From assembly GCA_965240325.2 (NCBI GenBank), contig OZ251224.1, forward strand, positions 434,001 through 498,000: a stretch of 64,000 bases of DNA. The letters run 5' to 3'. Below the pieces are notes generated by a model, which did not search any database, was not told the DNA's origin, and was given only the letters and a program-made list of their open reading frames with translations. This DNA comes from Rebecca billardiae RCC1528. Its lineage: Eukaryota > Protista > Haptophyta. The translations under genes and the position numbers were made by a program. Shown in pieces: positions 21,517 to 32,625 of the stretch. Every line of letters starts with the position of its first letter. The stretch's first letter is position 1.

Positions 21517-24500
21517 ATGGCATCATCGTCGCCCGGCGAGCTCGAGCAGCAGCTGCCGGCGCTGCTGATGGCGGTGCTGTCGGGCGACTCGGCGAGCCGC
21601 GCGCAGGCGGAGCACCACCTGACGGCGCTCGCCTCGGTGGACGGGTACACCTCGGCCCTCATCGCCGCGGCCTCGCACGCGCAGGCGCCCGCGGAGGTGG
21701 TGCAGCTGTCGCTCGTGCTGCTCAAGCAGGCGGTGAAGCACGGCTGGGAGCGCGTGCCGCCCGCGGAGCGCGCGGTGGTGCGCGCGCAGCTGCCCGCGCT
21801 GCTCGCCCACCCCGTCTCGCGCCTGCGCATCGCCGCCGCCGTCGCCATCGCCGCGGTCGCCGAGCACGAGTGGCCGGCGGAATGGCCGTCGCTGCTGGAC
21901 GAGCTGCTGGCGCGCGTGCGCAGCGGGGAGGCGGACGCGTGCCACGGCGCGCTGCGGTGCCTCGAGCTCGTGGCGGGCGAGCTCGACGAGCAGGACCTGC
22001 CCGCGTGCTTCGGCACCATCGCGCCGCAGCTCGCCCACACGTTCCGCGAGCCGCCCGCGGCCGAGCCGCGCGCGCGCGAGCGCATCCGCCGGCGCGCGGC
22101 CACCGCGTTCAGGCAGCTGGTGGACCAGCTGCACATGATGCCCGACTCGTCGCGCGCGGGGCCGGCATACCTCGAGCCCGCCGTGCGCGAGTGGCTCGGC
22201 CTCTTCGTCAGCACGATCGACGCGTTCACCGGCGGCGCGGGCGGCGCGGGCGGCGCGGGCGGCGCGGGCGGCTCGTGTGGTGCTGAGATCGCTCTGCTCC
22301 GCATGCTGCGCGCGCTCGTCTCGAGCTTCCCGCGGCAGCCGCTGCTGCGCGAGCCCGCGACGGCGCAGGCGGTGCTGCGCTCCTCGTGGGGCGTCCTCAC
22401 CCTCGTCGCCTCGCGCCAGCGCGCACGCGCGTCCGCCGACTCGGGCGCTGACTCGGACGGCGACAGCCTGGGCGATGAGGCGCTGGCCCTCGCCACGCTC
22501 GAGCTGCTCGTCGACGTGTGCGCGGCGAAGGCGTTCCGCAAGCTGGTGCGGCCGGCGCTGGGCGAGCTCGCCTCGATGCTCGTCCTGCTCATGCGCATCC
22601 CGCCCGACACCGCCGAGCTCTGGGCCGACGACGGCACGCAGTTTTTGCACGACGACGGCGAGGACTCGATGCACTACTCGCTGCGGGTGTCCGCGTTCGA
22701 GCTGGGCACCGACCTGCTCGACGCGCACGGGGACGGCGCGCTGGTGGGGCTGCTGCGCGCGGCGGGGGCGCACCTGGGCGGCGCGGCGCACGCGCGCGCG
22801 CACGCCCACCCGCCCGCGCGCTGGTGGGCGCAGGCGGAGGCGGCGCTGTACGCACTGAGCGCGTGCGCGCAGGTGCGGGGGCTCGACCTGGGCGCGCCCA
22901 AGCTGGCGGCCGCGAGCGGCTTCGACGTGCGCGCGTTCGCCGCGACGGAGCTGGGCTCGGCGGTGGGCGCGGAGGCGCCGCCGTTCGTGCGCGCGCGCGC
23001 GCTCGTGCTCGCCGCGCAGCTCGCCGACCACATGCCGCCCGACGTGCTGCGCGCGCACGCGCACGCGGCCGCGCTCGCGCTCGGCGCGGCCGAGCCGTGC
23101 GCCGCGCCCGTGCGCGTGAGCGCGTGCCGCGCGCTCGGCGCGCTGTGCATGCACGAGCGCGGCGCGGCGGCGCTGGGCAGCCGCGAGTGGTCGGCGATGC
23201 TGCACGGCCTCACGCAGCTGCTCAGCTCGGGCGCGCTCGAGGACGAAGCCCTCTCCTTCGCCGTCGAGACCACGGCCACCGTCGCGGGCGCGCACGGCAT
23301 TGGCGGCGCGAGCGCAGAGGCCGCGGCGCGCGCGGCGCCGACGCTGGCGCCCGCGCTCGTGCGCTGCATGCGCGCGCAGCGGGACGCTGTGCTGTGGTCG
23401 GCGGCGACGGACGTGCTCGAGCGGCTGCTCAGGCTGCCCGCCGCGTACCCCGTCGTCGCCGAGCACCTCGTGCCGCTGCTCATGCAGCCGGGGCTGCTCA
23501 CGCGCAGCGCGCCGCCACCGAGGCTCGAGGGCGCGGCCGTGCCGGGCAGCGTCGCGGCCGCGGCCGCCGGCGGCGTGCTCGCGCTCGCGCTGGGCGAGGC
23601 GGACGGCGACGCATCGATCACGCCGCACGCGCTCAACCTGCTCCGGCTGCTCGTCTGCACCGCTCCCGAGCGCGCGTCGGGCGGCTCGATGGGTTCGCTC
23701 GGCGAGTGCGCGCGCGCGCTGCTGCCCAGCATCGGCAGCGTTCTCTCACACGCAGCGCGCTCGGGCGAGGAGGTTTGCATGAGCGCGGGCAGCCGCTGCG
23801 TCGCCGAGCTGATGCGCGCGCGGCTGGTCGACCCGGTGGGCACGACGCCGCTCGCGCAGCTCGTGCTCGCCGTGCTCTCGCCGGGCACCGCGGACAAGGT
23901 CGCCGTCGACGGCCGCCACCTGCTCAGCCCGTGCGTCGACGCGGCGCTCGACGCGCTCACGGGCGCGGGCGGCGCGGACGCGGAGCGCGCGAGCGCCGGC
24001 CGCGCGCTGCTCGAGCAGCTGGTGGGCGCGTGCGTCGCGCGGCTGGCGGGCGGGCCGGTGCCGATGCTCGCGCAGGCGCTCGCCCTCGTCCTCGCGCACC
24101 TCGGCATGTCCCTCGCGTGCAGAGCCGCGGCCGCGGAGGGCGCCGCGCCGCCCGGCTCGGCCGCCGCGCTCGGCGCGGCGGCGGCCGCGCAGCTGAGCCA
24201 GCTGCTGCTCGCGCTGCCGCCGCCGCCGCCGCGCGCGGACGGCGGCGAGAGCGACGGGCCGGCGGGCGCGCTGGGCGCGGTCGTGCGCGCGTGGGTGGCG
24301 CACGCGCCGCGCTTCCTCGGCGCGCAGCCCCGCCTCGTCTCCGCGGTGCTGCTCACAGGGCTCTTCACAGTCAGACACGCCGAGCTGGCGCAGGCGACGG
24401 CGCGCGCGCCGCCCATCGGCGCGAGGGCGGAGGGCGGCGGCGGCGCGGCGCGCACGCGCGCGCACACGCGCGCCGCGACGCAGGCGGGCGGCGGCGCCGA

Positions 24501-25080
24501 CCGGCTGGTCCCGCTCTCCCTGCGCGTGCTCGAGGCGTGCCTCGAGATGGCGCGCGAGGAGCAGCTGATGGCGCGCGCCGAGCTGACGGACGGCCTGTGT
24601 GGCGACGGCCTGTGTGGCGACGGCCTGTACGGTGGGCAGATGGACGGCAGCGAGGAGGAGGAGGAGGAGGGGGAGGAGGAGGAGGAGGAGGGCGGGGAGG
24701 AGGAGGAGGAGAGCGGCGGCTTCGCGGCAGAGGCGCGCGGTGCACACCCCTCGGTCTTCGCGCCGCTCGACTCCGTGCCGCTCTCGTCGCTCCTCGACGC
24801 AGACGGCCCCGCCGAGCTCGAGCTCGAGGACGCCGAGGACGGCGTTGGCGCGGGGCCGAGCGCAGACGCGGCGCGCGCGCTCAGCACCGTCGACCTCGGG
24901 GGCTACATCGGCGCGTTTGTGTGCGCGTACGCCGAGCAGTGCCCGCACGACTTGCAGGCGTACATCGCGCACATGCAGCCGGAGGATCGCGCCACGCTGC
25001 AGCGCATGCTCGCACCCAACAACGACCCTTCGGCGTCCGGCTCCGGGGCAGCAGCAGTGTCGGGCGGCGGTGCAGCCTGA
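21517..25080 (+). CDS. IPO9: Importin-9-like karyopherin
   Basis: IBN_N (RAQAEHHL, LLKQAVKHGW, EWPAEWPSLL), HEAT repeats, YSLRVSA, acidic loop near C-terminus. Confidence 0.85.
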   Translation: MASSSPGELEQQLPALLMAVLSGDSASRAQAEHHLTALASVDGYTSALIAAASHAQAPAEVVQLSLVLLKQAVKHGWERVPPAERAVVRAQLPALLAHPVSRLRIAAAVAIAAVAEHEWPAEWPSLLDELLARVRSGEADACHGALRCLELVAGELDEQDLPACFGTIAPQLAHTFREPPAAEPRARERIRRRAATAFRQLVDQLHMMPDSSRAGPAYLEPAVREWLGLFVSTIDAFTGGAGGAGGAGGAGGSCGAEIALLRMLRALVSSFPRQPLLREPATAQAVLRSSWGVLTLVASRQRARASADSGADSDGDSLGDEALALATLELLVDVCAAKAFRKLVRPALGELASMLVLLMRIPPDTAELWADDGTQFLHDDGEDSMHYSLRVSAFELGTDLLDAHGDGALVGLLRAAGAHLGGAAHARAHAHPPARWWAQAEAALYALSACAQVRGLDLGAPKLAAASGFDVRAFAATELGSAVGAEAPPFVRARALVLAAQLADHMPPDVLRAHAHAAALALGAAEPCAAPVRVSACRALGALCMHERGAAALGSREWSAMLHGLTQLLSSGALEDEALSFAVETTATVAGAHGIGGASAEAAARAAPTLAPALVRCMRAQRDAVLWSAATDVLERLLRLPAAYPVVAEHLVPLLMQPGLLTRSAPPPRLEGAAVPGSVAAAAAGGVLALALGEADGDASITPHALNLLRLLVCTAPERASGGSMGSLGECARALLPSIGSVLSHAARSGEEVCMSAGSRCVAELMRARLVDPVGTTPLAQLVLAVLSPGTADKVAVDGRHLLSPCVDAALDALTGAGGADAERASAGRALLEQLVGACVARLAGGPVPMLAQALALVLAHLGMSLACRAAAAEGAAPPGSAAALGAAAAAQLSQLLLALPPPPPRADGGESDGPAGALGAVVRAWVAHAPRFLGAQPRLVSAVLLTGLFTVRHAELAQATARAPPIGARAEGGGGAARTRAHTRAATQAGGGADRLVPLSLRVLEACLEMAREEQLMARAELTDGLCGDGLCGDGLYGGQMDGSEEEEEEGEEEEEEGGEEEEESGGFAAEARGAHPSVFAPLDSVPLSSLLDADGPAELELEDAEDGVGAGPSADAARALSTVDLGGYIGAFVCAYAEQCPHDLQAYIAHMQPEDRATLQRMLAPNNDPSASGSGAAAVSGGGAA

Positions 25081-25384
25081 TCCAACGCCAGATTTACAGC
25101 TGCTAGCAAGCGTGTCGTCCGCAGCAGCAGCTACTTGGCGGGTGACGATCGACTAGTCGTCGTTAGTAATTTGCAGCGCATGACGCGAAGCCTGAGTCTT
25201 AGATAACATGCCGCTGGCTAATAAGTAATATATATATATAGTTTTGATATCGCGATATATATTATATGATCGGCTACGCCGATCCTCGGGTAGTAAACAA
25301 CGAAGTTGAGGGCGCACGGCCCTGACTCGGCGGCCTGACAGTACAGACAGTAGTTGTCGCGTTCTTCACCGAATCACGATGCGC

Positions 25385-25469
25385 GCGCGCGCCCGGCGCG
25401 TCGCCGTGCAGGAGACGCGGGCGCGAGTAATCGACGCGATCGACGGCCTCGGGGGGCTGCGCCGTGTCG
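25385..25469 (-). mobile_element. Short fragment of the Helitron-like ORF
   Basis: Encodes DTAQPPEAVDRVDYSRPRLLHG; high nucleotide similarity (with small deletions) to ~59103-59203. Confidence 0.85.
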
Positions 25470-25476
25470 CGGCTCT

Positions 25477-27130
25477 TCATTCAGTCTTCGTAACGCAGCC
25501 GGCTTGCCCCTCGAGCGCGCGCACGCACTCTGACTCGGCGGTGTCCCACGCCCACAGCCGCACGACCGCGTCGCTGTCGTCGCCCGCGCTCGCCGCGACG
25601 CGCCCGTCGGCCGAGAGTGCGACCGCCTCCACCCAGCCGGCGTGCGCTAGCAGCACAGCCTCGCACGGCCCGCGCGCGGCGAGCAGGGGCGCTCGCGCGC
25701 AGTGCTCGCGCCCGCGCGCCCAGCTGGCGCGGGCGGCCGGGTGCGCGGCGCGCGGCGCGCGCCGCGCCCACGCGGACTCGTGCGGCGCCGAGCCAACCGG
25801 CTGCTCGAGGCACAGCGCGAGGCAGCGGCCCGGCGCCGCGGCGGCGGCGGAGGCGCTCAGCCGCGCGAGCTGCAGCCAGTCTGCGACGCGCGCGCGCAGC
25901 GCTGCAGCCTCCGCGCGCGCGGCCGCGCCCGGCTCGCCGCCGCCGCCGCCGCGCGCGTCGGCGTCGGCGAGCGCCGCGGCCGTGTCCGCGAGGTCGCGCA
26001 CGTACTCGGTCTCGAGGCCGTGCCGCGCGCGCGCCTCCCACCCGTCCGCGCCCGCGTCGGTGAGCTCGCGCGCCGCGTCGGCCGCGCGCCCGGCCGCGAG
26101 CAGCGCTTGCGCTAGCTCCTCGCACCGGCGCACATTGAGCACGGCGGCGTTGCGGCCGGCGAAGGCCGAGGCGCGCGGCGGAGAGGAGCAGGGGCTGCGG
26201 CGCGACGCGCCGCCGCCCGTCCTCGCCGCCGGCGGCCTTCGGGTGGCGCAGCGGTTTGGCGGCCTCGCCCGCCCACGTGCCAGCCCAGAAATCCGCGAGC
26301 GCGTGCGCGTCGGCCGGGCGGGCGCACCGTGCCGCCGCCGCCTCGGCCACCTGATGACGGTGGTACCAGCGCAAAGGGCCGTCGCCGCCGGCGAGCAGCG
26401 AGCCGAGCGCGTCGCGCACGGCGAGCCACACGGGCAGCCGCACCACCGCCGGCACCCAGAACTCGAACACGGACGCCCAGCACGTCCTCGTGCAGAGGGA
26501 GCGAGTCCTCCAGCTCGGCACTCGAGAGGCCGCGGCGCGACGCGCAGATGGCGCCGCACGCACGAGCATCGCGCCGTGCAGCCGCTCGACGCGCTCGAAG
26601 GTGGCGGCGACGGCGGCGCGCGCGTCGGCGGGCAGGTGCGCTGGCGGCGGCTCGCCCGAGCGCCACTCCGCCGCCGCGTCGGCGAGCAGCACGGCGTGCA
26701 GCGCGCTCGGCGTCTCTCCGTGTGCCGAGCGCACCGCCTCGGCCTGCCGCGCGTCGAGCGTGCGCCCCGCCGCGCCGAGCCGGCCTCGCACCACCGCCTC
26801 AGCGTCCGCCGCCGAGAGCCCGCCGAGCTGCAGCGCGGGCACGCCCAGCTGCGCGAGCCGCGTCGCGCACCCGTAACGGTAGCCGCCAGCGTCACCGCCA
26901 GCGTCACCGCCAGCGTCAGCGCCCGCGAGTCGATCTGCGCCAAAAAGGACAGAGTCAAGAAGCGTGTCGAGCGGCGCGGTGGAGAGCAGCGCGGAGTAGC
27001 GCACGCGCTCGCCGCCCTCAAGCACCGCCTCGTGCTCGTGCGCCGCGAACGAGCGGCTCGCGCCGCCGTCCTCGCTGGAGCCCGACGTGACGACGCGGCT
27101 CCGCGATCCGCGCGCGCGCAGCCGCGCAAG
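25477..27130 (-). pseudogene. Frameshifted NACHT/WD40 (NWD1/TEP1-like) gene fragment preceded by an unrelated fragment
   Basis: Post-NACHT helical/WH-like segment (AAEWRS, TFERVERLHG, SSAELED, RLPVWLAVR) split across three frames; one WD40 repeat (AHAGWVEAVALSADGRVAASAG..VRLWAWD), then truncation. Confidence 0.65.
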
Positions 27131-27244
27131 CACCTGGGTATTTTTCGAGCACTCTGTCCCTTAAGTGCGGCAGCTCAAAAAATGGCGTTTCGCTTCAAAG
27201 AATCATGTACGTATAAATCAAGGGGCTTCACCAAATAACCTGCT

Positions 27245-27566
27245 TGAATCGCTGTTTTTGAAGTGCGGTTCTCTTAAGAGGAGAGGGATGCTACTAATCT
27301 ATGTTCCCGTGTATTACTCGTGTATGAATCAAGGGTTATCAAGGGGCTTAACAAGGGGCTTAACCTGATGATACCCGCCACTGAGAAGCGACGGTTCATG
27401 ACATCATATCGCGTGCCTAGGCGTTTTTGATTAGGCGAAGATCTAACAAGGTTCATTTCGCGGGTACCAATAGACAAACGAGCCGCGATGACGAACGTCG
27501 TGCCATAATACGTTGATACTGAAACGTTGTTTTTGAAGTGTGGTTCTCTTCAGAGGAGAAGGATAA
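27245..27566 (+). repeat. Imperfect ~45-bp direct repeat pair in an AT-rich island
   Basis: tgaatcgctgtttttgaagtgcggttctcttaagaggagagggat at ~27246 vs tgaaacgttgtttttgaagtgtggttctcttcagaggagaaggat at ~27520. Confidence 0.8.
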
Positions 27567-27955
27567 TTGGAGACGATACTTTACTCTTTGAATTGGAATC
27601 AGCAAACCAAGAGTGTATATCAGCAGGAGAATCACGAACGGCCCACCATAATTATCAGAAAGATGCAGACGCCTTTGTCCTATTCGAGTTCGATTTCTTC
27701 TATTACTTACTATCCAAGGATTAAGGAGCAGTACAAACGCAATCATGAGCAGCGATATCGAGTCAAATGCGGATTTCACACCTAAATCCACCTTCAAAAA
27801 TCCCCCAAATCCTGCGCGCATCCTCTTTTTTGATTTTGCGGAGCACGTGCGCCGCCCCCCCCGGCTTTCGCTCACGCTCAGACCTTTCGGGGGGGCCGTG
27901 CGCCATAATATGCTGCTGAATGTTACTGTTACTGCTGCTGACGATGCTGATGATG

Positions 27956-28095
<140 letters not shown>

Positions 28096-28917
28096 CCTTG
28101 ACCCTGCATACGTAACCAATGCCTGGATGCGGCAGGCGCATACTTATATATGATGCAGACACTCCTTGTTGGGATTTTCTCGTCGTCGTAGAACATGTTG
28201 CAGCCCACAGCAGGCTGCCGTGGGGCACAGCAGGCAGCGACCAGAAGCAGGCGAGTGCGCGAGATGGATATCGCGCCACGCCGTAAGATCCCAGCGCGTT
28301 GGCACGAAAGCGGCTGCGAAACAGGCGGCACACAGCTGAAAGCAGCGCAGCTGAAAATCGAGCTCGGCTGGCTCGCCAAGCAGCCGGTGCGGGTGAAAAG
28401 CCGAGATCGAATCTGACGAGGCGGAAGCTTCGGCGAGCCCGCTCTTTGGCGAGCGGATACTGCAGCTTCGTCGCCTGGCTGCAGCAGATGAGTAGACGAA
28501 AGCCAATCGATGAGCTGGAATATTGCTGGACGACGACCGCCGAGTTTGTAGTCATTGATGAATCAAAGCTGCTGCTTGTATGATGCTTGATGGCGGAGAT
28601 GGTGAGCGCTCGTGGTGACTGCTCCGTTGTCAGCATGATGGCGGCCGGATTATTTGTATCCGCCATGATGCTGTATGCGCGCGCGAACAAGTATAGCGCT
28701 TCACCAGCAGTGGGCCAGCTCGGCTGGAGGCGTACGGGGTACCGAGGTAAGCGGCTGCAGCAAGCGCGTTCGCGAGGGTGCGTTATTGACCTCGATGAGA
28801 GCCAACAGGTTCGCCCTGTACCTGTACGACGCTAGCGGGCAAAGTCGATCGGCGGCGGGTGGTATGGCCACGTACTTCTCGCCAGCGGACACAATCGATT
28901 ATATTGTGCCAATAACA

Positions 28918-28918
28918 C

Positions 28919-28958
<40 letters not shown>

Positions 28959-28990
28959 CCACGTCTGTTAATCATATATATATATATATA
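28918..28990 (+). repeat. (CA)n(TA)n microsatellite
   Basis: Direct observation. Confidence 0.95.
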
Positions 28991-29155
28991 GTAGCCGAGT
29001 AGTATTGAGTTACTGCGACGCGCCATCGCCCCGATCCCGCGCATCTGCTACCGAATCCGATGTCTAGCCCTGATGCCCCTACGGGCCCTAGGCCCTACCA
29101 CGGGGCGAGTCTCATCATTGTCATCATGTCCGGTATGTAGCGCAGTCAGTCATCA

Positions 29156-30337
29156 TCATGATGATCTGAGTGCCGATGATGATGCTGTCGTAGTGATGAG
29201 CCCGCCGGTCGGCGGCGTCGCGACTATGCTCGCCAGAACTGGCGCCATGAACAAGGGATTGCCATCAACCTTGCGCCCTTCGTCGGCGATCGACCAGAAG
29301 CCCAGGCCGCGCGGCCTGGCGCGCGCTGGCAGTGCTGCGTACGCAGCCGCCAGCTCGCGCGGGCTGACATAGAGCGCAGCGTGCTCACCAGGCGCTGCCC
29401 AGCCATTCGCAAAGCCGAGGACGAGCCGCGAGCGCGGCACGCGCACACGGGTCGAGCGGCACTCCACCTCCGGGTCCGCGCCAAACTCGACCTCCCAGCC
29501 GGTAGCCAGCCCGTCCACGACGCTGGCGAGGATGTGAGAGAGCGCCGTGCCGCGCGCGCGCATGCAGCGCGCGCCGCTCCACGACTCATACAGCTGCGTG
29601 AAGACCCACGCGAATGTCGGCGCAGAGCTGTCCGCAAGGGGCGTGCTGCCGTACCTCGCGAGTAGGAACGCGTAGCTGTTGCGCCCCGCGTACCCGAAGT
29701 GCACATCGGGCGGGCAGCCGAGCGGCGGCTGCAGCGCACTGCGGTTGAACTCTGACGTGTCTGCGCTCAGGTACGACTGTGGCGGGGCGAGGGAGACGAG
29801 GTAGCCGTACTGCCGCGCGCGCACGCTCAATCGCCCCATGGTGTGTAGGCATGCGACGCTCAGAGTGTTTCTCTCCACCCACACGGCGCGCGAGGGCGCG
29901 CGTGCGTCACTGCCCTCCAGGTCCCAGTCAAAGCCATCAAACAGCGGCACGCCCGCCTCGCCCGCCGCCACGTTCCACTGGTGGAGCGCGTCGAACCAGG
30001 CGTCGGCGGAGACCACGCCGTCGGGAATGTGGGGCGCATTCCAGCCGCCAATTGAGAGCATATGCACCGGCGCGAGGCCCTCCACGCGCAGAGAGGCCTG
30101 CATCGCGCGCACGCACGCCAGCTGGGGTCCGCCCAGGACCGCAGGCTGCTGCGTGGAGTTCAGCGCGAGGTTGACGGCAAACCAGATGAGTACGTTCACG
30201 CCACCGCGCACCGCACGGGCGATCTGCTCGTCGCACTCCGCCCAGCTCGCGTAGCCGACGACAAGCCGTTCAGGAAGCCGGTGCGGACGGCCGTCCACCA
30301 TCGTGGGAGGTGACTTCGACTGTGCCTTCATCGTCAT
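29156..30337 (-). CDS. GH18 chitinase-like glycoside hydrolase
   Basis: VVGYASW, LSIGGWN, FDGFDWDLEG (DxDxE catalytic motif), GLGFWSI. Confidence 0.85.
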   Translation of the reverse strand: MTMKAQSKSPPTMVDGRPHRLPERLVVGYASWAECDEQIARAVRGGVNVLIWFAVNLALNSTQQPAVLGGPQLACVRAMQASLRVEGLAPVHMLSIGGWNAPHIPDGVVSADAWFDALHQWNVAAGEAGVPLFDGFDWDLEGSDARAPSRAVWVERNTLSVACLHTMGRLSVRARQYGYLVSLAPPQSYLSADTSEFNRSALQPPLGCPPDVHFGYAGRNSYAFLLARYGSTPLADSSAPTFAWVFTQLYESWSGARCMRARGTALSHILASVVDGLATGWEVEFGADPEVECRSTRVRVPRSRLVLGFANGWAAPGEHAALYVSPRELAAAYAALPARARPRGLGFWSIADEGRKVDGNPLFMAPVLASIVATPPTGGLITTTASSSALRSS

Positions 30338-30424
30338 CACTTTGTTTATTAAATAATTAACTTTCGGCGCTCAGATGGGACCGGTGTCGATGAGGTTGAT
30401 CCCGACTGCTATTTTCGCTTCAGG

Positions 30425-31073
30425 TACAGTTTACTAAGAATAAGAGACGCACACAGCTCAGGCAGGCGAGATCGACGCCCGCCAACTGTCACCGCCCATG
30501 AAGCCGTCGCCGATGGTAGCGCCGCCGGAAAAATTCGTTCAGCCGTCCGCCTGCAGGGCTGGAGGCTTCGGCCGCCAGCCTGATCACCCGGAGCCCGTTA
30601 TAAAGGGGAATTTTAACAATCGACGACTATATATATTTAACGACGTGGCAGCATCGGACAAGCGTCAGGCTCAGAGTGCAACAGACACATAGAATGCGTC
30701 CGCGCCTTCCGTCCAGGTCAGACAGTGCGCCACCCGCAGCCCTGCCCCCCTACGGGAGCGGGGCCGGGATGGAGCACCGCGTCGGCCTGGGGCACGCGGC
30801 GGCGACGGCAGATGCCGCCGCGGCCGAGCGCCTTCCGGAGCACTTGGATGAGGGTGAGGTCGTAGTCGATGTCGCCGCCCGCCGACCTAGCGGCGAGCAG
30901 CTCCGGCAAGCGGCAGCCGCGGCTGTCGCCCCCGTGCGCCCGCGTGGGCGCCTGGATGAGGATGAGGTCGTAGTACGCGTCGCCGCGCGCCGGCCAAGCG
31001 GCGCGCAGCTGCAGAATATATCTACAGTAGTTTACTAAGAATAAGAGACGCACACAGCTAAGGCAGGCGAGAT
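30425..31073 (+). mobile_element. Composite non-autonomous element remnant: two type-A termini in direct orientation flanking a 57-bp hairpin motif and an internal duplication
   Basis: Termini at 30425 and 31023; 30555-30611 identical to 63136-63192; imperfect ~65-bp duplication at ~30845 and ~30953. Confidence 0.6.
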
Positions 31074-31515
31074 TACGTACAGTACTGTCCGGACTAAGGC
31101 GACAGACACTGACTAGTGACTAGATGCTGTCCACCGCGGCAGGACCCTGGGCCAACGGCTGGCCCCGGAGCAGCAGAACCTTCCTGCAGTAGACGTAGTA
31201 CCTGCGCTAGAATCTCGCGGAGCCGGTGCTGTTAAGCGTTGCCCTCTGCTGCGGCTGCTGCCAACCCTGACCCCTGGTTCCACCGCGATGTGACGGTGTG
31301 ACCGGGCTGCTGCGCTCATCCCTCGTGCGTGATTGCATGTGAGCACGCGCGCTGCAGCTGCAGGCAGTCAGAAGTCATGGCAGGCTCCAAGCCTCGAGCA
31401 GGTGACGCCTGTTGCGTGCTCGCAGCTGCCGGCGCCGTCCGCCCACCTGCTCACCTGCGCGGCGGGCGGGGCGCACAGCGGCACAGCCCGGGCGGGGCGC
31501 ATGCGCGTGCTGCCC

Positions 31516-32625
31516 CTACGGCTTCGTCCACACCATCATCACTGCGCCGTGCACGATGCCGAGGCGGCCAGCGTTGGTGAAGTCGGTGGTGGGGTGGATG
31601 ATGCACTCCTCGAAGAAGTCGGAGAACGACTTGGGCAGCAGGTGCACGTACTCCGCCGCCTTCACGAGGTTGAGCACGAGCTTGGACGAGAGCACGTCGT
31701 GGATGTACGTGCGCTCGAAGCAGTTGTACCACTGCTGCGCGGGCGGCGCGCACAGGTCGACCTCCTCGACCATCACGAGGCCGGCCTTCTTCGCGGCGTC
31801 GCGGAAGGCCTGCGCGGGCCAGAGCGGCGGCATGCACGTGCTGTGCGAGATGTTGTCCACGTAGTACTTGTGCTGCTTGTTGGTCGGGTCGTACTTGTCG
31901 GTCACGATGATCTCGTACGACGCGAGCCGGCCGCCCGGCTTCATCACGCGCGCCGCCTCGGAGACGGCGGTCTGCAAGTCGGCGGAGTACTTGAGGCAGT
32001 ACACGCCGAACACCTTGTCAAAGGTGTTCGCCTCGAAGGGCATCTTGTGGTAGTTCCCCTGCACGATCACGCACCTGTCCTGCAGGCCCGCCTTCTTGAT
32101 GCGCTCGTTGCCGCCCACGATCTCGGCGTTCGACATCGTCAGGCCGGTCACGCCCGCGCCCGAGATCTTGGCGACCTGCCGTCCGATCTCGCCGTAGCCG
32201 CAGCCAAACTCGAGGATCTTGTCGCCCGCGCCCGCCTGCAGGAACTTCACCATCGTGTGGTGGAACTCGTCGTGCGACTCCTTTCGGCTCTTCCCCTTTG
32301 CCATCGGCACAAAGTGCCAGAACGGCCCGCTGGTGAGCGTGATGAGCTCAGACATGAGCTCGTAGTAGTTGCACACGCCGGTGCAGTAGTCACCCGTCTT
32401 ATGTCCCACCTCGAGCGCCTCGCGGTGCCCCTTCATGAAGGTGGCAAAGTCGAAGTTGCGGTAGCGCACCAGGAACGCAATCAGCGACGAAATGCCCTGA
32501 TCGTCCACGTCGGTGAAGAGGCCCTTGAAGCTCGCGGCGATCGGGCCCACGACGGGCACGCATGCGATCATGTCGATCGCTGAAGACAGCACCGAAGTGA
32601 CGAACGAAAAGGCGCTGGACAGCAT
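31516..32625 (-). CDS. SAM-dependent sterol methyltransferase, STRM-1-like (candidate C4-methyltransferase)
   Basis: NYYELMS..GPFWHFVP, LEFGCGYG, KMPFEANTFD, GVYCLKY, RVMKPGG, AGRLGI; lacks the C24-SMT YEYGWG and IEATCHAP motifs. Confidence 0.8.
   Translation of the reverse strand: MLSSAFSFVTSVLSSAIDMIACVPVVGPIAASFKGLFTDVDDQGISSLIAFLVRYRNFDFATFMKGHREALEVGHKTGDYCTGVCNYYELMSELITLTSGPFWHFVPMAKGKSRKESHDEFHHTMVKFLQAGAGDKILEFGCGYGEIGRQVAKISGAGVTGLTMSNAEIVGGNERIKKAGLQDRCVIVQGNYHKMPFEANTFDKVFGVYCLKYSADLQTAVSEAARVMKPGGRLASYEIIVTDKYDPTNKQHKYYVDNISHSTCMPPLWPAQAFRDAAKKAGLVMVEEVDLCAPPAQQWYNCFERTYIHDVLSSKLVLNLVKAAEYVHLLPKSFSDFFEECIIHPTTDFTNAGRLGIVHGAVMMVWTKP

Noticed and set aside
28299-28835. Pif1 helicase remnant (FVVIDE)
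   Set aside because: Isolated Walker-B-like word with no Walker A or other helicase motifs.
30555-30611. Hammerhead ribozyme
   Set aside because: CUGAUCA deviates from CUGANGA, and no properly placed GAAA or three-stem core is evident.
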